A stretch of 64,000 nucleotides of DNA from Octopus vulgaris (GCA_951406725.2 OX597822.1:44206001-44270000); one strand, 5' to 3'; shown: positions 12,683 through 27,257, counted from the stretch's first letter. Made by a program: numbers and translations. The notes: generated by a model not told the origin, from the sequence alone.

Positions 12683-13621
12683 CGACATATATACATATAT
12701 ATATATATATATATACACGCACATACATATATATATTTAAGTATATGTATGTATGTATGATGAGTGCACGTGTTCTTGTGTTGTGTGTGGCTGTGCATGT
12801 CTTAGTGCTGTGTGAATGCGCATGGTGTGTGCATGCAAATATTTCATGCATACGGTGAACGGGATTAAACATTAGGACAATGACTACCTCCAAAACCGCA
12901 TATTGCTTTGACAATACACATCAATTATTTGAAAAGAAATGACTCATAACCTTTCAAACCGCATTTGGCGGGGTTTCAGGCCATCACATGGCATCTGGCG
13001 TCAATTGATATCGATTATGCACTAGGAGGGTCTTTTTAAAGTTCATGAGAAGGAATTTAGGCGTGTTTTCTCACTTAGGAGTTAGTGTCAAGAGTCAAAG
13101 TCGTTGATATTTTCTACGCCAATTTTCCTTTTTTCTGTTTCGTATTTTGTATAAGGACGGGAAATAGGGGACATGCAGCGGTCTAACTTCTGACTAAACA
13201 AAAATTATATGAGATCATGCCTGTGTTTTTCAATCTACCTATCTATCTATCGTTCACTCTGTCTGTCTATCTATCTATCTGACGCACAGGATTGGTTATG
13301 TGGTAAAAAGCTGACTTCCAATCCACACATATCCAGATGATTCTGGGTTCAGTCTCACTGCGTGTCACCTTGGGTAAGTGTTTCAGATTATAGACTTGTG
13401 AGTAGATTTAATAGATGGAAATTGGAATAAGCCCGTCGTATGTATACGCACAAAACTCTCAGCCCGTGAGTTACTCTTTTACTTCTGCTAAAATTTAATA
13501 AAAATATCTATATACTCCTCTTTTGATTTCTATTTTTCCTGTTTGCATCAACATACCTACCTACATACATACATACATACATACATATATAAGGAGTAGA
13601 CACCACCATATATATACACAT

Positions 13622-13680
<59 letters not shown>

Positions 13681-13815
13681 CTGCTCGCTTAGCCAGCGGG
13701 GTGGCATCATTCAAAGGCTAAAACAATGCGAACGCATTGTGACCAGGGATGTGTAACTACATCTGATGGATTGGTCGGTCACGTAATATATATATATATA
13801 TATACGTAGACACCA

Positions 13816-13932
<117 letters not shown>

Positions 13933-14103
13933 TGTACGTTTTGGCATTGTTTTAACCGTAAATTAGTGCCACCCGACTGGCTAGGTGAGGAGACCAAAAT
14001 TTCCTGCCGATCGAACCCACGATCTGTCGATCGTGAGTACAGCAGCTTAACGGCCGGCTTATATATTCAAGCGTATAAACACTCTCTCTCACACACACAC
14101 GCA

Positions 14104-14138
<35 letters not shown>

Positions 14139-14300
14139 ATTTATATATATATCTAAACCACAGTATATGGATTCAAGTAATCCGGTAGTACACTCGTGTT
14201 TTTAAGTTACGAAACAATTTGTAATATTAGAATTTTCTTATTGTTAAATAAAATTTCATCAAATCTTTTCTATCATTTATGACTATATATACATACATAC

Positions 14301-14357
<57 letters not shown>

Positions 14358-14688
14358 TGTATATATATAAATATATATATATACATATATATATAAATAA
14401 ATATATATACATATATATGTATATATATATATGCATATATATATATACACATACATACACACACGTACATATATATGTATAAACACACACATATATCTAT
14501 CTTTCTAACTATCTCTCTATCTATCTATCTATCTAACTATATATATTTATATATATATATATATGTCTAAATAATGTATCTACAAATGCAATATCCCTGC
14601 ATATCTCGCATCTATTTTCATTTCTCCACTTAAATCTCTATTTCGTATTTTATCTAAATTAACTATTGTTTAACCATTTTCTCACACC

Positions 14689-14740
14689 GTCTCCGATGAA
14701 GGGATATAATAAATATACTGTTGGAAACAGCTGTAAGACA
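14689..14740 (+). ncRNA. Type-I hammerhead motif (core CCGATGA), paralog of 3902-3950
   Basis: GTCT-CCGATGA-AGGGATATA..TATACTGTTG-GAAA-CAGCTG-TA-AGAC. Confidence 0.6.
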
Positions 14741-14800
14741 TTCTATTTATAAATGTTCTAAAATCTTTACAGCGTTGATTTTTTTTTATCTCATTCTGAA

Positions 14801-14869
<69 letters not shown>

Positions 14870-15050
14870 TGTCACATATTTCAACTGCTAAAGGCAAATA
14901 CAGTTACCGTAGAGAAAAATTATCTCTTACGGTAAAATGGTGGGAAAACACACCGTTCGTTCAGTGTTGCCTCCTCTTGGAAATCTGAGACATCGATGTA
15001 TGATGTTTTGAGTTTGTTGACTCTTTTCGGTCAGGTGTACCTGACAGGGG

Positions 15051-15093
<43 letters not shown>

Positions 15094-15189
15094 CGGGAAG
15101 CTTTATGAAAATAAACAAAAGACGAAGGCAGGTGGAAAACAAACGAACAATTGTATTAGTATGGCGCTCAGGAAATATAAATAAAACAA

Positions 15190-15229
15190 GTCTTTAACGT
15201 TTCGAGCCTACGCTCTTCAACAGAAAGAT
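15190..15229 (-). ncRNA. Minimal hammerhead variant with CUGUUGA core
   Basis: Minus strand: TCTTT-CTGTTGA-A-GAGC-GTAG-GCTC-GAAA-CG-TT-AAAGA. Stems I and II are perfect and stem III is the palindrome AACGTT. Confidence 0.7.
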
Positions 15230-16079
15230 ACACAGAGAGAGAAAAACACAGAAAGAGGAGAGAAAAAAATGCGTGCAGTAGCTAACGAATCAACATGGCG
15301 ATCTAATTTCGGCCAGAGGTCAAAGATCAAACATGAGACGCGAGAGCGAAATAAGGGGAGATAATAGGGTTGATAAAAGGGTTGAGGGACCAGCTAAAAG
15401 TGCGTGGGAGGGGTCTGATGTAACATATGGAGTCGTATGTGTGTGTGTGGGTGTTGGTGGTCAGCGAGTGCTTGTGTGAAACAATGGGTTTAATTCACAC
15501 TCAATAATATTCTGACTAATTGAACAGAAGAACTTTTGCCCACGAGGAACCACTGGCGACTGTGTGACATTGCATCTCCAATTAACACCCGCTCACTCGC
15601 TATCTCTTTCTCTCACTCTCTTTCGTTTTCTTCCTTTATCTGTCTCTCTGTTTCACCATTCTTTCCACATGTTCCGCATGCTTAAGCGCGTGTATTTGTC
15701 TACATATGAAATCTAGAGTGAGAAGCAACATAGCAGCAATAGAGACAGAGAGATGTGCAGAAAAGAGAGTAAGAGAGAAAGAGAAAGGCAAACGTGAGGT
15801 GCAAAGCTTTGCATCGCTCAGAGCCATGCACACGCAATGCAGTGCTAAAACATGCAATTCAAATATCTGGGTGTTCACCTTTGTTTTCCTGTTGTTATGT
15901 GTTTCTGCAAAAATTTGGTTTCTGTGGAATCTATTCACAGTTCCGGTGTTCTATATACTACCACCAGGTGAGTCAGTATTGCAAGCCAAATGCTCATCCA
16001 TCATTCCAACTATGGTTCAGACCTTTTGCCCTCTCCTTCGTCCTCGCCAATCATCACTGTTGCGCAATTCAGATTAATC

Positions 16080-16275
16080 AGTACGTAGGGTGTATACACA
16101 CACACACACATATATATATATATGTGTATACGTATTTGTGTATATACATATATATGCATATACGCATGTATGATATATATATATATATTTATGCATAAAA
16201 ATCCATACATGCACGCACACATATGTGTATATATATTTATTTATATATATATAAATATATACATGTGTGTATATG

Positions 16276-16306
<31 letters not shown>

Positions 16307-16323
16307 AAATATATATATATATG

Positions 16324-16379
<56 letters not shown>

Positions 16380-17158
16380 GATATATATATGCATTATACA
16401 CTCGCACACATACACAAACAGGCATGTATGCGTATGAATACATGCTCACAAAAACATATGTAAATACGAAGCGATGCAAAGCAAAGAAGAAGTGAGAGAT
16501 AAAGGTAGAAAGATGATGATTGTGGTCGTTACGTGCTTGGCATAAAATAAAATAGAATAAAACAAAATAATACAAAACCAATGAAACAATTAAGAGCAGC
16601 AATAATAACAACAGCTAACAGATATACAAAAATACATTTAAACTAAAACAAGAAGACAAAACAGTAACAAAATGAACGAAAGTTAGCAACACCATCCGCA
16701 ACAACAATAGCAATTGTAAGAACGACAACGACGTCGACAAATGCAACAACGACAAATATATACGAAACTACTACAAAAGACGAAACAGAAGATAAAAACA
16801 ACAAAACTAGAGGCAGAAACAATACAGCGTTCGATCGATCGAACGGGCTTCCAGTTCCAGCGACATGTAACTCTTTGCAGCAGTTTGATTGTTGGCTGTT
16901 ATATGTAAATATAGTCCCCTGAGAAACCTATATTCCAGTTGAATAAGTGGATATGCTCATTCGAGGCTGGAGTATGCGGAGACGTTCGGAGATCTGTATA
17001 TGTGTATGTGCGTCTGTGCGTACTCATGTACAGAGATACATGTACATGTATGTGCAGAAGTGTGATTGCGTGTGTCTATGTGTATGTGTGTGTGTACCTA
17101 GATATATATATATGTAGACATATACACGTATATATACGTATTTATACATATATGATCC

Positions 17159-17211
<53 letters not shown>

Positions 17212-17296
17212 CATATATATATATATATACGTACACACATGTATATACGTGTTCATACTTATATGATCTATCTATCAATTTACCTATCTATATATG

Positions 17297-17334
<38 letters not shown>

Positions 17335-17493
17335 TTCAAACATCCATGCTTAGGTATATACGTTCTCGAATTTGTACACAAACACAAGCATACATACACA
17401 TATGTATATAAATATATATATGGAAATGCATATATATGCATGTATATATATATTTATATATATTATATGTATATATATGTATACATATATATG

Positions 17494-17568
<75 letters not shown>

Positions 17569-17934
17569 ATATATGCATACACAAATGTGTGTCTCTATAT
17601 CCGTGTATGCATGTGTATATGTGAACAGATGCCTTCTGTTTCAGGTTGCACTTCTTTACTTCAACTCTCCTCCGACATCTTTAATTCCTTCTCATCCTCA
17701 TCCTTTGCCACTACATTTGAATGTTACTCTACCTCCTCTTATCTATTTTCTTCAATTTCACGCTGCTTACCCACTCAACCTCAATCCTTCCCCCATCTCT
17801 CTCTCTCTCTCTCTCTCTCTCTTAAGCTATATCTATCTCTCTTTCTCTCACCATCTCTCTTGCATCCTCCTAACTCGATGAGTTTCCTTTTTTCTCATCA
17901 GTTCTTTCATTGCGTATATATGTATATATGTATA

Positions 17935-17988
<54 letters not shown>

Positions 17989-18136
17989 TACATATATATA
18001 TTTGTATATGTATGTATGCATATATACATATAAATACGTAGGTATGTATGTATGTCTGTATATATATATATGTCTGTATATATATATGTATATGTATGTA
18101 TGTATATATATATATGTCTGTATATATATATGTATG

Positions 18137-18229
<93 letters not shown>

Positions 18230-18230
18230 A

Positions 18231-18262
<32 letters not shown>

Positions 18263-18532
18263 CATTTATTTATTTATATACGGTTATGTATATATGTACA
18301 CGCCTTCGCAAAAATACCGACAAAGAATAACAAAATACAAAACACCCATATACCCATTAATATACATACATATATTCACAGACATGACAATACAGGTATA
18401 TACAGATCGATGTCCCTAAACAAATATAGATATACAGATGCATATATGAACATGCATATATACACACACACACACATATATATATATTTGTATATATATC
18501 CATACACATGTATACCTGTACATACATGTATG

Positions 18533-18588
<56 letters not shown>

Positions 18589-18841
18589 CATATATTTATA
18601 TACATACATACATAGATAAATAAAGATGTAAATTTATATGTATATATATATATACATATATGCATATATACATGTATATATACATATATACATATATTTA
18701 TGGATATATTCCTGAATGTACAGACACATATACACTTACACAAGTACTGCATTCAAAATTCCCAACGTATGTATTTGGTACCCATTTATACGTACCTATA
18801 TATAATTATATATATATATATACATATATATATAAATATAT

Positions 18842-18890
<49 letters not shown>

Positions 18891-18950
18891 CATACATACA
18901 TACATACATACATACATACATACATACATTCATATGTACGCACACATGTA
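16080..18950. repeat. Compound (TA)n/(TACA)n/(TG)n microsatellite field
   Basis: Near-continuous dinucleotide and tetranucleotide repeats with short unique spacers. Confidence 0.9.
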
Positions 18951-20810
18951 TACTGAAACAGAATTAATTGAATATGCACACACAATTCTAAAACTACGGA
19001 TACTCACACATGCAGCTATACTCAGTCACACTGACAATGAATAGACACAATAGGAAACACACAAAGACATCTTGTACATACACGTATACACACATACGTA
19101 CGTACATCGAAACAGAAGAACTATCGCACAAATATGTTTAACATCCGCAATGGCACACAGCGTAACACATACTCAACCACACTCACAAAGCTAATCACAT
19201 ACACATACGCACACATACACCCTCACATATACACATACATCCAGCATGGAGATTGTCTCCCACGCACTCATACACGTAATCAAATCGAAAAGCAAACTCT
19301 AATAAAACACACACACAAACTTACACACGACCTCCCCAAACCTCCACCATTCGCCGGTAATCATTCACAAACGTTTTACGACTGTCGTTAAATTTTTCTC
19401 TACAAGCAATTTAATTCTTCCTACTCCGTCTCTCTCAGAGCTTTCTGCCTCCTTTTACTCCCTCCCTCTTACTCTCTTTCTCTTTATGTCTCTCTCTCAA
19501 CCTTTTCTCATTTTGTCTCCTACTCTTTCCTGGCTTTCTGTCTATCACTATTTCCTTCCTCTGACTACTCCTTGTCTTACATTTGCCTTTTTCCTCTCAT
19601 AATTTTTTCACTCTCTCTTTCTCAAAATTCTTCTCTCGCATGCCAGCTTGGCTTCTCATCCTTTTATTCTTCACATTCTTCTTTACGCTCTCTCTCTCTC
19701 TTGCATTCTCTCCCTCGCGGACTCCCATCTCAAATTGTGAACATATGCAACAAATGTTTGTGTAACTTCAATGGCTGACAAGGTTAAACTGCCCTAGGAG
19801 TCACGTGACTTCTGAGTCATTTGGTGTTAGACTGCCGACGATTTACTTGCTGCCTTGCTGGTTGGTTGGTAGCTTAGTTTCTTCGATAGCTTTCAGTGGC
19901 CCATTCATCGTGTTATTTAATAAATAAAGCGTGTTTTGTATCCAGTTTTTGTAAGTTGTAGCACATACACAGCAGGAATGTAGGTGCCGAAGTATGACCG
20001 AAGGATGAAGGTGTTCACTTCACAACCTGCGGTCGGAAGTTCGTTTCCATTCTATGCTCCCTTGGGCAAGTGTATTTTTCTATATCCCTGGTCAGAGATA
20101 TTATTTACGAGTGAAGTTTAGTAGGAAGGAAGCTGTATAGGAGCAAGTCTAATGGACTATATCTACATGTAAGACTGTTCCCTTTTCACACTGTCGTAGC
20201 AGAGCCGGATTAAGACTCATAGAAGCTCTAAGTATTTAAACGATTTTTATCACCCTGTATGTATGTGATTTAAAATGTAAACAATAATGTATCATAAGAT
20301 AAAATTTTAGTTTTCAAAACGAAACAATAATAACAATTAGATGGAAAATAATGCTTATTTTTGTATACATCTGTTGGGGCGAGAGTTACCTCTACTCTCT
20401 ATAAGAATTTGGCTAGTCCATTCTCCCAATCCGCCACAAGTGTCAATGACTTTCGCCACAAAATCTCCTCCTCTCAGATTGACTTCCGTAGGAAGTTAAT
20501 ATTATTTTTATTTCTTTTTCACACAGTATTGGCCTAGAATTTGAAATTTTACGCTGATGCTGTGTGAAAAAGGCCGATATTGTGTAAAAAAATTAGTAAA
20601 AATAAAATTAATTTCCAATGAAAGTAAATTTCAAAGGGGTGGGGAACATGCTGTGGTGAAAGTTATTGACACCCATGACTACTGCCTATCTCCACTCTTT
20701 ATAAATGTTCGGCTAGTCCATCCTTCCAATCCACCAGGGGTATCTATGACTCTCGCCACCGCAACATCCACTTTATTTATATTTGAAAACGTTTTTCTCC
20801 TGTTTTTTTT

Positions 20811-20880
20811 TTATTGTAAAGTCTTTGATTAGATTTATTGTAAAGTCTTTGATTAGATTTATTGTAAAGTCTTTGATTAG
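20811..20880. repeat. 24-bp tandem repeat x3 (TTATTGTAAAGTCTTTGATTAGAT)
   Basis: Identical units start at 20811, 20835 and 20859; the last is 2 bp short. Confidence 0.9.
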
Positions 20881-21142
20881 GCAATTATATTAAGGGTACG
20901 TCTCTGCAGAATACTCGGCTACATTAATTCAATGAGCAACGTTATTCAGTTCAGCAAATGACTAAATCCTCCTTGTCAAACGGTGGAGATCCATTCGTGT
21001 ATCCGTAATCGGAGTGGTGATCGAATAGCGAGGAGTATTTGATTTCACTTAGGAAATAGCTGTCTGAGTGCACCTAAAGGTCCTTTATTCTCGCATACAG
21101 GGTGACACATATTCGACCGGGAAATTAAGCAAAACGGAATAT

Positions 21143-21359
21143 AGGCGCGGACGTGTCTGTGTTCAGATGTTTGCTTCCTAGCGATATAGTTCCGGGTTCA
21201 GTTTCACTGTGTGGCACTTATGTGGCAAATATCAGCATTGGGCTGACTGAGGCCTTGTGAGTTGATTCGGTAGACGGAAACTGAAAGAAACCTGTTGTAT
21301 GTATATGTACATGCGTGTGTGTGTGAGAGAGACAGAGAAAATGTGTGTGTCTGTGTGAA

Positions 21360-21392
<33 letters not shown>

Positions 21393-21620
21393 GTGTGTGT
21401 GTGTGTGTGAGCATGCGTCTGTGTTTGTGCCCCACCACCGCTGGAAAACCGGTGTTGGTGTGATTACGACTCCGTAACTTAGCGGTTCGGCTAAATACGG
21501 ATAGAATTAGAAACAAGATTAAAAGAAAAGTACTGGGGCCAATTCATACAACTAAAATTCTTCAAGGCGATGCCCCAGAATGGCCGCAGTCTAATGATTG
21601 AAGCAAGTAAAACAATAAAA
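21143..21620 (+). mobile_element. tRNA-derived SINE, family B
   Basis: CCGGGTTCAGTTTC B-box, GTAGACGGAAACTGAAAGAA, an internal GT/GA microsatellite and the family 3' half. Confidence 0.8.
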
Positions 21621-22381
21621 AATAAAACAAACGAATGTGATTGCGAAATACTCAGACACTTGCTGCTCAACCCTTTGAATGTCCAAAAGCATTTTCATAA
21701 ACTTCTCCTAAACATCCATGTTTGTTTCCAGACATTTTGCCAACCCTTGTTTCACATGTTCTGAGTAATATCAGGATTTTCTTTCATAAGTACCAAGTTA
21801 TTCTGGTGCTTGAAAAACAAGGGGCATGTTTATCGTATTTGATGAATGGATGCCAGAGAGCAAAAATGCCCGTGTATCACATGCAGTACACAGTTATGTT
21901 AAACATTTGCCTGTCCTGTCTATCACTTCCGATATACAGGACAGGTAAATGGTTAATTTAACTAGCAACGAGCTCAGATAATTCAAACATGTGAACTATC
22001 CTCGAAACAGATTAGGGACCAATTAAGAAAAAGCTCAATATAGTTGGTTTTAATAGAAGAAACTGAAAATATGACCAGACTTTCGTCTAATATATGAGGA
22101 ATCCAGAGTGGCATAGAGTGACAACTGTGCTGTGTGTTGTTTTAAAAAATTGGCTGCTATTACTAGCACTTAGAACAACCAAGCACAAGCGGTTTTCTTA
22201 GATTCGTAGATTTCAGAGAGATAATATTCTTGATGTCCTGGTCGCTAATTTTGTTGTTTCAGTTACTGTAGTTCATGCAGTTGATGATGATAATGATGGT
22301 GATGATGATGGTGAGATTCCTTCCTTCACTTGCTTTGTAGGCGAGAGAGAGAGATAGATAGAGAGTGAGAAAGAAAGATCT

Positions 22382-22382
<1 letters not shown>

Positions 22383-22445
<63 letters not shown>

Positions 22446-22494
22446 GTAGGTAGATAGATAGATAGATAGATATATAGATAGATAGATACGTAAG

Positions 22495-22546
<52 letters not shown>

Positions 22547-22570
22547 CAGATAGACAGATAGACAAATAGA
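22383..22570. repeat. (GATA)n microsatellite
   Basis: Long GATA array. Confidence 0.95.
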
Positions 22571-22947
22571 CAGAGACAAGGTGACGAGCGAAAAAGAAAG
22601 GGGAAGACAATCGACAAGACGGAGAATGCAAGTGAAAATACTGCTTTCAAATTTCGGCACTAGGCCAGCAATTTGTGGGTAAGTGTACACAGGTACTTAT
22701 TTTATCGATGGTTTAAGGAGATAGTCAACCACCATGGATATCGAACTGACATCATAGAAACGGATGAAATACTGCTAAGAATTACATTCGGTGTGCTAAC
22801 GATTCTGCCAGCACGCCGCCATATTGCAGATGATCATATTCTTATCCATTGTATAACAGAAGCGTATCTATATGTCCCCAAGGATATTGATTTCCTGATA
22901 TCAATAAATATCTATCTATTTAGTTGTATATATATATATATATATAA

Positions 22948-22987
<40 letters not shown>

Positions 22988-23026
22988 ATGTATATATATA
23001 TATACATATATATATATGTGTGTGTG

Positions 23027-23057
<31 letters not shown>

Positions 23058-23245
23058 GTGTATGTATATATATATATTTATATATCCATATATATATACA
23101 ACTAAATAGATAGATATTTAATCATATGTATACACACACACACACACACAATATATATATATACATATATATATATATATTTATATATACATATATATAT
23201 ATATATATATACACATATATATATGCATATATACGTCTATATGTA

Positions 23246-23323
<78 letters not shown>

Positions 23324-24583
23324 CTCGCACGTATTAAAAATTATGTATATCGCCTGTTTTTGTTTCTATTCACTTTCTGAACATAAGTCGCACATAAAAA
23401 CTCGCATACATAAAAACCCGTATATACTTACAGTCATACATACAGACGCTGATACATGCACACACATACAGGCATACAAACCAGCAATGCAGTCAGTTCG
23501 CACGCGCGCGGGGAGATAGTTCTCTCTTTGGTAAACGTTACTTCATACTGGGCTAAAAGAATCAAGGAATTGCATGGGGAGGAAATGGTCCGAAGAATTC
23601 TGATCGATGCCCATTGACCAGAATTCCGATAGCATTAACTCTAAATCTAAGGAATTTCAGTGGAAACAATTATTGAGAATTTCTTCAACAAAGCGAACCA
23701 CTACCATATTGAGAAAAAGATGGCGGAGGGTTTTACGACTGGGATGTGGAATTGGCGGGAATTGAGAGGACATTGGTAAGTTAGGTCAACATGGGACTAA
23801 AATAATGCTGAAATTGGCGTTGTTATTGTTGTTGCTGTTCTTAATGGTGGTGGTATTGGTTTTGATATTATTATAGATGGCGTTGATGCTGTTCATGGCC
23901 GTATGCGTGGTTAAGGTTGCAGTGGTTAGTGTTAGTTGAATGTAATTAAATGGAAGTTATGTGTAGGATAATAGAATAGGAGAGTTGAGGAAAGGAAATG
24001 ATTATATATGTATGAATGTATGTATGTGTGTATGTATGTATGTATGTATGTATGTGTATGTAAGTTGCTATATATGTATGCATGTACGCAAGTATGCCTG
24101 TAAGGGTGCATACATATATGTATGCATATATGTATGGGTGCATGTAAGGTTGTATGTATGTACGTTATATATGTATGTATGTAAGGGTGTATGTATGCAT
24201 GTATGTATATATGTATGTGTGTAAGGGTATATGTATGTATGTAAGGGTTATGTACGTGTTTATGTAGGTATGCTTGTAAGGGTGTATGTATGTATGTACG
24301 TATGTATGGAAGCATGGATGGATGGAAGAATGCATGGATAGATGGAAGGATGCATGGTTGGAGGAATGTATATATATATCCGTGCGACCCACACAGGAAC
24401 ATTTCCTAGCATACACACGCGGGATTGCGTACACACACTTTGACCAATTCACACTTGCTTGTCTCAAACCACTTCCTTCCTTCCGGTCAATTCAACAAAC
24501 GCAATCTTTAATCCAGAGAAGTTTCCCTTTGCTTTCTATCCCCTTTTTCTTTTTCCTATGTCAATCTCTTTTTCCTCCTCATT

Positions 24584-24622
24584 CCTTTATGCGGAAGGGC
24601 TTAAGCTCGAAACGTCAAAGAC
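24584..24622 (+). ncRNA. Degenerate minimal hammerhead motif (related to the U6-variant family)
   Basis: CTTT-ATGCGGA-A-GGGC-TTAA-GCTC-GAAA-CG-TC-AAAG. The first core strand is mutated. Confidence 0.45.
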
Positions 24623-24728
24623 ACATTTATTTTTCTTTAGCGTCAAATTAATATCACTTGTTTGTTGTTACTTCACCTGTCTCTGTTTATCGGATTTTGT
24701 CCTATCTTCATCTCCAAATCTATATCGA

Positions 24729-24844
<116 letters not shown>

Positions 24845-25234
24845 ATATATGTCTAAGATTGTGTATTGCTTTAGTAAAGGGTAATATATATAGAGAGAGA
24901 CAGAGACTAGCAGAAATAAGGAAAGTGCCCTTTGTATGTGAATACTATGGAAATATTCTTTTAAAAATCTTTTCATTTAATGATAAATCTCAGAGCGAGT
25001 TATAAACAGTAGCAGCAACACATCGTGACGTATATTTGCCATTTGAATATGGCTAACCCCTAAGGGTGAATGCTACTGTAGTTTGTAGCCCCAGGAGGAC
25101 ACCTCCTCTCTTCATTTAATTTTTCCAAAATTTAATTGTTCTACATACTTAGAGTTGCAAAAGTCTGAATGATCGAAACCGGTACTGAAATATTTTTTAT
25201 AAAATTTTTTAGCATGTTCAACCTTGACTTTTTT

Positions 25235-25378
<144 letters not shown>

Positions 25379-26094
25379 GTGTACATACATACACATACAT
25401 ATATATATTCATATGTATGATATGAATATCACACATACATACACAAACGCAAGCATATATTATATGTATATAAATACACATATATTTGTGTGTACAAACA
25501 CGCACATATATGTATGTATCTACATATATATCTGTGTAAGTGTGTGTACGTGTGTGTGCCCGTCTATGTGTCTTCTTGTATTCCCTAATTACTTGATTGA
25601 CTTCGTTCGTCAGTAAAATTTACCGTAAACCTATAGCAGAAAATATCATTATATTGATATTAACACATTTGAAACATTAACTTCAATCACCATTTTCTGC
25701 TATTCTTGCCTTTTCTATGTTTTTCTGCTTTTTTCCATTTTCCTTCTTTTTTTTTTTTCTCAAAGCAATCTCTTTTACAAGTTATCATGGTAACCAAATA
25801 ATAAACTGGTACTGTTTTACGAATACGCAGTAGAACTTTTTTTCGTTCTACGTAAACCAAACACCTTAATTTACGAACAGTTTATAGTTAATTCTCTAGC
25901 CATACAATGCCATACACGTATAGAGAAACGTATAACAACTAGGGAGAATTCTCTGTTATCTTGTAATTGTGTACAAAGGATGCATTTTGATTAATTTTAC
26001 TTTCTGTGCTTGTTTAAGGAGATCGGCTTCTTGTGTGTAAACATATATCTAAGTATGTATACATATATGTATGTACGTATGCGAGTGTATGTGT

Positions 26095-26132
<38 letters not shown>

Positions 26133-26191
26133 TAAATATATTGTATACCTGTGTAAATATATATTATATATATACATATATGTATGTCTAT

Positions 26192-26223
<32 letters not shown>

Positions 26224-26334
26224 ATATATATATATATATATATCTACCTATCTACATAACTGTTTGTCCGTCTACCTATCTTTATAACTGTTGTCTTCCT
26301 CTCTCTATCTGCACATACATATGCACAGAGAGAG

Positions 26335-26530
26335 AGGTAAAATTTACGGAAAAACAAACGACGAAGACAGGTGCATAAACAACAAGCAGGTGTAACTGTT
26401 TGATGCTCGGGTAACTGAGAATGTCTTTTACGCTTCGAGCCTGCGCTCTTCAACAAAAAAAGAACGGGATGATATAAACAGAGAGATATTAAAAAGAAAA
26501 TGCGGATTTAGTACTTAATCATGGTGGTGA
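26335..26530 (-). mobile_element. Short hammerhead-bearing repeat (U6-variant family), degenerate copy
   Basis: Minus strand TTGTTGAAGAGCGCAGGCTCGAAGCGTAAAAGAC plus the family tail CACCTGTCTTCGTC. Confidence 0.65.
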
Positions 26531-26919
26531 CTATATATATATATATATATATATAGAACTTACTTGGAAACGGATGCGTGGTGTTCGATCATATAATAAT
26601 ATATTCGAAATGCGGAGTAGATAAAACAAGGGACAACTGATGAAGGGATTGTTCTTTATGTTGCCTGTCTCCTTACTCTGTTTGTTTCTATCGTTGTCCG
26701 AAAATAAGTTCGTTTTCCGTGTTTTTGTTCGCGTTTTTTCACGTCCTGTACCCATACATGCACGTGTGTATATATATATATATATGTAGGTATGTACATA
26801 TATGTATGTATTTTTGAATATATTTATATATTATCTATATATATGTATATATATTATATACATATCTATCTATCTATCTATTTATCTATCTCTCCGTATG
26901 TCTGTATATATATATAAAA

Positions 26920-27170
26920 GTAAAGTTGACTTCTCGAGTGAAACTGAATCATAAGGGCCCGTCTCCTGGTTTAATGCTGTTACATATTCCCCACCTGGAC
27001 GGGACGCCATTCCCTTGCAGCGTTGCTCGTTTTTGCTAGCTGAGTGGACTGGACCAACGTAAATTAAAGTGTTTTACTAAAGAACATAACGTGTCATCCG
27101 GTCGAGGAATCAAATGCACAATCATCCGATCATGACTCCTACACCCCTACCCAATAAGCCACGTGCCGTC
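26920..27170 (-). mobile_element. tRNA-derived SINE, family C
   Basis: Homologous to 38991-39236 (CATAAGGGCC..CCCCACCTGGACGGGACGCC..GAACA.AAC..GGAATC). Confidence 0.75.
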
Positions 27171-27195
27171 AAGCATACGCACATATGTATTTGTG

Positions 27196-27257
<62 letters not shown>

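Noticed and set aside
16939-18033. 364-aa ORF and the many other YI/VC/HT/LS-rich ORFs
   Set aside because: They are translations of (TA)n, (TG)n, (CA)n and (TCTA)n microsatellites, which lack stop codons. There is no coding signal.
23520-23790. Unique-looking segment ending in a GTAAGT donor-like site
   Set aside because: I found no sustained open frame or recognisable motif on either strand.
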